Assembly (NCBI RefSeq): GCF_030028105.1
Contig: NC_092379.1
Span: forward strand, 25,661,821 to 25,725,820
Length of the DNA: 64,000 bases
Source: Mobula birostris
Taxonomy: Eukaryota
Direction of reading: 5' to 3'
Of this stretch, positions 59,998 to 64,000 are shown piece after piece; position 1 is the first letter of the stretch; every line of letters starts with the position of its first letter. Below the pieces are notes generated by a model, which had not been told where the DNA came from, did not search any database, and saw nothing but the letters and a program-made list of their open reading frames with translations. A program made the position numbers and the translations under genes.

Positions 59998-61483
59998 AGG
60001 AGTTGAATAAACGTTATGTCAGAATTCTATATGATCCGAAATATGTTCAAAATGGAAACGCCAGCCTGTTAAACAACAGAACGTAGTGAACCTCGTTCAT
60101 TCGGGAATGGCTAAACAAAAATTGATTCATATATGAGCACTCCATTTCGCTAGCACAGCCCCATGTATTGTCCCATTCAGTCCTCTTAGCTCTTTATTCA
60201 ACATGTGGCACTGCTGCTGTTGCTAAACAACAACGATATACAGAACGTTAGACTTATTATGGTTTTTCACATCCAAATGGGTCTGTGAAAAAATAGCAAG
60301 ATTTCCATTCGGATTATTTTATTGTTGCTGTTCAACAGGTCAGTAACATCTCCGGTGAGCGCTCTATGGACCTGCAGAATAAGTTTCTCATCTTGCTTTC
60401 CATTTCCCTGCGTCGAACTACAAACATACGCTTAGAACTCGATCATTCTTCACGGTACCCACAGTTGGTTTTCTGATATAGAGCAAGCAAGCATACCAGT
60501 GAAATCTGACGATGACAGGTCAATGCTCTGAACAGATCTTAAACATCGGCTAATTATTTGTTAAATATCCAGTGATTGTGATGTAATTGTTTGTGAGCAT
60601 TACATCATTATCTCGTGATGGGCATGATGTAATTGTATCATGACCGTTGGGTAGTCTGATGTCACGTGATGGCATGGTATAAAAGAAAAAAAAAAAGCCC
60701 GCCACGGTGAAGCAGTTGTCATTTTTATTTTTAGTGTAACGTTGTGCCGGCAGTTTCGCAAATCACTGCCAGTTTTTTTTTTTTTTTTTTTTTTTTTTTG
60801 CACGTTTATGTTTACCTTACTGTAGAGTATTTTAGAGTGATGGCATTGTCAGAGTTGTCCGAGTTCAAAGGATTGGATAAAGTTAATGTCGTTCAACTTC
60901 TAAGGAATGATCGACATTTTAATCTGCGTTCCGGAATTGTGGCATGCACATTTGAGTAAAACCCCCGCCAGGGCGGGAACTTTTGTGCAGTGACTACCCT
61001 CCAGTCAAAAGGACAGTTTTTGAATTTCTTCCTGACTCCTTTGGACAAAGCATCTGTCGGCTGAGATCGACAGAATAGTCATTGCTTCGAAGGAGTCGTT
61101 ATTTCGGGGATGTCTCTCCTTAATGACTGTATAAATCCCACGGACTTTTGAATATACCACTTTAAGTCTGTGCTTGGATGAAAACTCTTTAAAACAGCTT
61201 ATAAGTTTGACTGTGTGTTCGATATAGTCGCCGAACTGTTAACTTCCCGTAAAGCTCGTTCGTTTACTTTTCGATATTTTGAGCAGTGGTTAATAAATAC
61301 CGTTGTTTGTTTATATAACCTGACACAATTTCATATTCATTGTTGCTGGACTGTTTCTTCGGCAGGGGAACGAGTCACAACCGCGAATAAGTCGGACCGT
61401 GACGCAGCGGGAGTATTTAAAAGAGAGCAGATTAATGGAGCGGGCGACGTTGTAGCGGGCGACGGAGTAGAGGGAGACAGCGT

Positions 61484-61722
61484 AGCACACATCAAAGTTG
61501 CTGGTGAACGCAGCAGGCCAGGCAGCATCTCTAGGAAGAGGTACAGTCGATGTTTCAGGCTGAGACCCTTCGTCGGGGCTAACTGAATGAAGAGTTAGTA
61601 AGAGATTTGAAAGTGGGAAGGGGAGGGGGAGATCCAAAATGATAGGAGAAGACAGGAGGGGGAGGAATGGAGCCAAGAGCTGGACAGGTGATTGGCAAAG
61701 GGGATGCGAGAGGATTATGGGA
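61484..61722 (-). mobile_element. Penelope-like 3' terminal fragment with mutated hammerhead motif
   Basis: Near-identical to the left arm at 14814-14905; minus strand reads CCCGACGAAGGGTCTCAGCCTGAAACATCGACT. Confidence 0.75.
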
Positions 61723-64000
61723 CCTTAATCTCTGATCATAATGCATACTCTCCAAACCAGGCAGCATCCTGGTAAATCTCCTCTTTACCCTTCCCAATGC
61801 TTCCACATCCTTCCTATAGTGAGGCGACCAGAACTTGACACTGCACTCCAAGTGTGGCCTTACCAGAGTTTTATAGAACTGCATTATTACATCGCGACTC
61901 TTAAACTCTATCCCTCGGCTTATGAAAGCTATCACCCAATAAGGATTCTTAACTACCCTATCCACCTGTGAGGCAACGTTCAGGGATCTGTGGACATGTA
62001 CCCCCAGATCCCTCTGCTCCTGCACACTACCTAGTATCCTGCCATTTACTTTATACTCTGCCTTGAGGTCTTTCCTTCCAAAGTGTACCACCTCACACTT
62101 CTCCCGGTTGAACTCCATCTGCCATCTCTCAGCCCACTTCTGCATCCTATGAAAGTCTCTCTGCAATCATTGACAATCCTCTATACTATCTACAACACCA
62201 CCAAATTTTGTGTCGTCTGCAAACTTGCCAACCCACCCTTCTACCCCTACATCGATGTCGTTAATAAAAATCACGAGAAGTAGAGGTCCCAGAACAGATC
62301 CTTGTGGGACACCACTAGTCACAATCCTCCAATCTGAATGTACTCCCTCCACCACCACCCTTTGCCTTCGGCAGGCAAGCCAATTCTGAATCTACCTGGC
62401 CAAACTTCCCTGGATCCCATGCCTTCTGACTTTCTGAATAAGCCTACCGTGTGAAACCTTGTCGAATGCCTTACTAAAATCAATATAGATCACATCCACT
62501 GCACTACCCTCATCTATATGCCCGATCACCTCCTCCAAGAACTGTATCAGCTTGTTAGACACGATCTGCCCTTCACAAACCCATGCTAATTGTCTCTCAT
62601 CAGACCATGATTCTGTAAATGCTCAAAGATCCTACCTCTAACAATCTTTTCCAACAGCTTTCCCACCACAGATGTAAGGCTCAGGGGTCTATAAGTACCT
62701 GGACTATCCCTATTACATTTTTAAAGAAGGGGACAACATTCGCCTCCATCCAATCCTCCAGTACCATTCCCGTGGACAACGAGGACATAAACATCCTAGC
62801 CAGAGGCTCTTTCCTCGCCTCGTGGAGCAGCCTGGGGAATATTCCGTCAAGCCGTGGGGACTTATCCGTCCTAATGTATTTTCACAACTCCAACACCTCC
62901 GCTCCCTTAATATCAACATGCTCCAGAACATCAACCTCACTCATATTGGCCTCTCCATCATCAGCTTCCCTCTTATTGGTTAATACCGAAGAGAAGTATT
63001 CGTTGAGCACCTCGCTCAGTTCCACAGCCTCCAGGCACATTTTTCCACCCTTATGTCTAATCGGACCTACCTTCACCCCTGTCATCTTTTTTTTCTTCAC
63101 ATAATTGAAGAATACCTTGGGATTTTCCTTTACCCTACTCGCCAAGGCCTTCTCATGTCCCCTTTTTGCTCTTCTCAGCCCCTTCTTAAGCTCCTTTCCT
63201 ACTTTCCTATATTCCTCAATAGGTCCATCTGAACCCTGCTACCTAAACCTCATGTATGTTGCCTTCTTCCGCCTGACTAGATTTTCCACATCACTTGTCA
63301 CCCATGGTTCCTTCACCTTACCTTTCTTTATCTTCCTTACCGGGACAAATTTATTGCTAACATCCTGCAAGAGACCTCCACACAACGACCACATGTCCAT
63401 AGTACATTTCCCTGCAAAAACATCATCCCAATGCACACACGCAAGCTCTCGCTTTATAGCCTCATAATTTGCCCTACCCCAATTAAAAATGTTCCTGTCC
63501 TCTCTGATTCTATCCTTTTCCATGGTAATGCTAACGGCCAGGGAGCGGAGGTCACTGTCCCCCAAATGCTCACCCACTGAGAGATCTGTGAACTGACCCT
63601 GTTCATTACGCAGTACTAGATCTAATATGGCATTCCCCCTAGTCGGCCTATCCACGCACTGTGACAGGAATCCGTCCTGGACACACTTAGCAAACTCTGC
63701 CCCATCTAAACCCTTGGAACTAATCAGGTGCCAATCAATATTAGGGAAGTTAAAGTCGCCCATGATAACAACCCTGTTATTTCTGCGTCTTTCCAAAATC
63801 TGCCTCCCAATCTGCTCCTCTGTAGCTCTGCTGCAACCAGGGGGGCTATAGAATACTCCCAATAGAGTAACTGCTCTATTCCTGTTCCTAACTTCCACCC
63901 ATACTGACTCAAAAGACGATACTGCTACATTACCCATTCTTTCTGTAGCTGTAATAGTATCCCTGACCAGTAATGCCACCCCTCCTCCCCTTTTTCCACC
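61723..64000 (-). mobile_element. CR1-type LINE ORF2 (endonuclease plus RT, frameshifted), extending past the window end
   Basis: MGDFNFPNIDW and LDLVL..LGDSD endonuclease motifs; [10 protein letters not shown] and KFADDTK RT motifs; 3' UTR missing. Confidence 0.9.

Noticed and set aside
60820-61325. LTR-like segment with TATA, AATAAA and a TGACA end
   Set aside because: Left boundary and TSD could not be identified.

Overview
Repeat-dense vertebrate genomic DNA, most likely a cartilaginous fish (inferred from the CR1 and Penelope repeat content, the two-exon GPR139-like gene and the V-segment style; no species is assigned). Host genes: an intact two-exon GPR139/142-like 7TM receptor (15178-17716, +) and two apparently intact TCR alpha/delta-type V segments with leader exons and 23-bp-spacer RSSs, arranged head-to-head (46367-46799, minus; 49596-50033, plus). 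Mobile DNA: an intact 7.1-kb Ty3/Gypsy element with identical LTRs, PNMA-type Gag and a GGGAAAC slippery site followed by a predicted pseudoknot (35215-42313, minus); solo LTRs; many CR1 fragments; and Penelope relics with minimal hammerhead ribozyme motifs. The most unusual component is a family of non-autonomous LTR elements with very large minisatellite-filled LTRs (1.3-2.4 kb) and tiny internal regions (~170-200 bp: PBS, first Gag codons, PPT). It occurs as a shared-LTR tandem array (1-8269), a complete two-LTR copy (26099-29809) and an internally deleted copy (58190-59997). In two subfamilies the PBS covaries with a complementary motif ~30 nt downstream of the TATA box, which suggests Tf1/sushi-type self-priming. 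All coordinates and counts were obtained by hand; no database searches were run.
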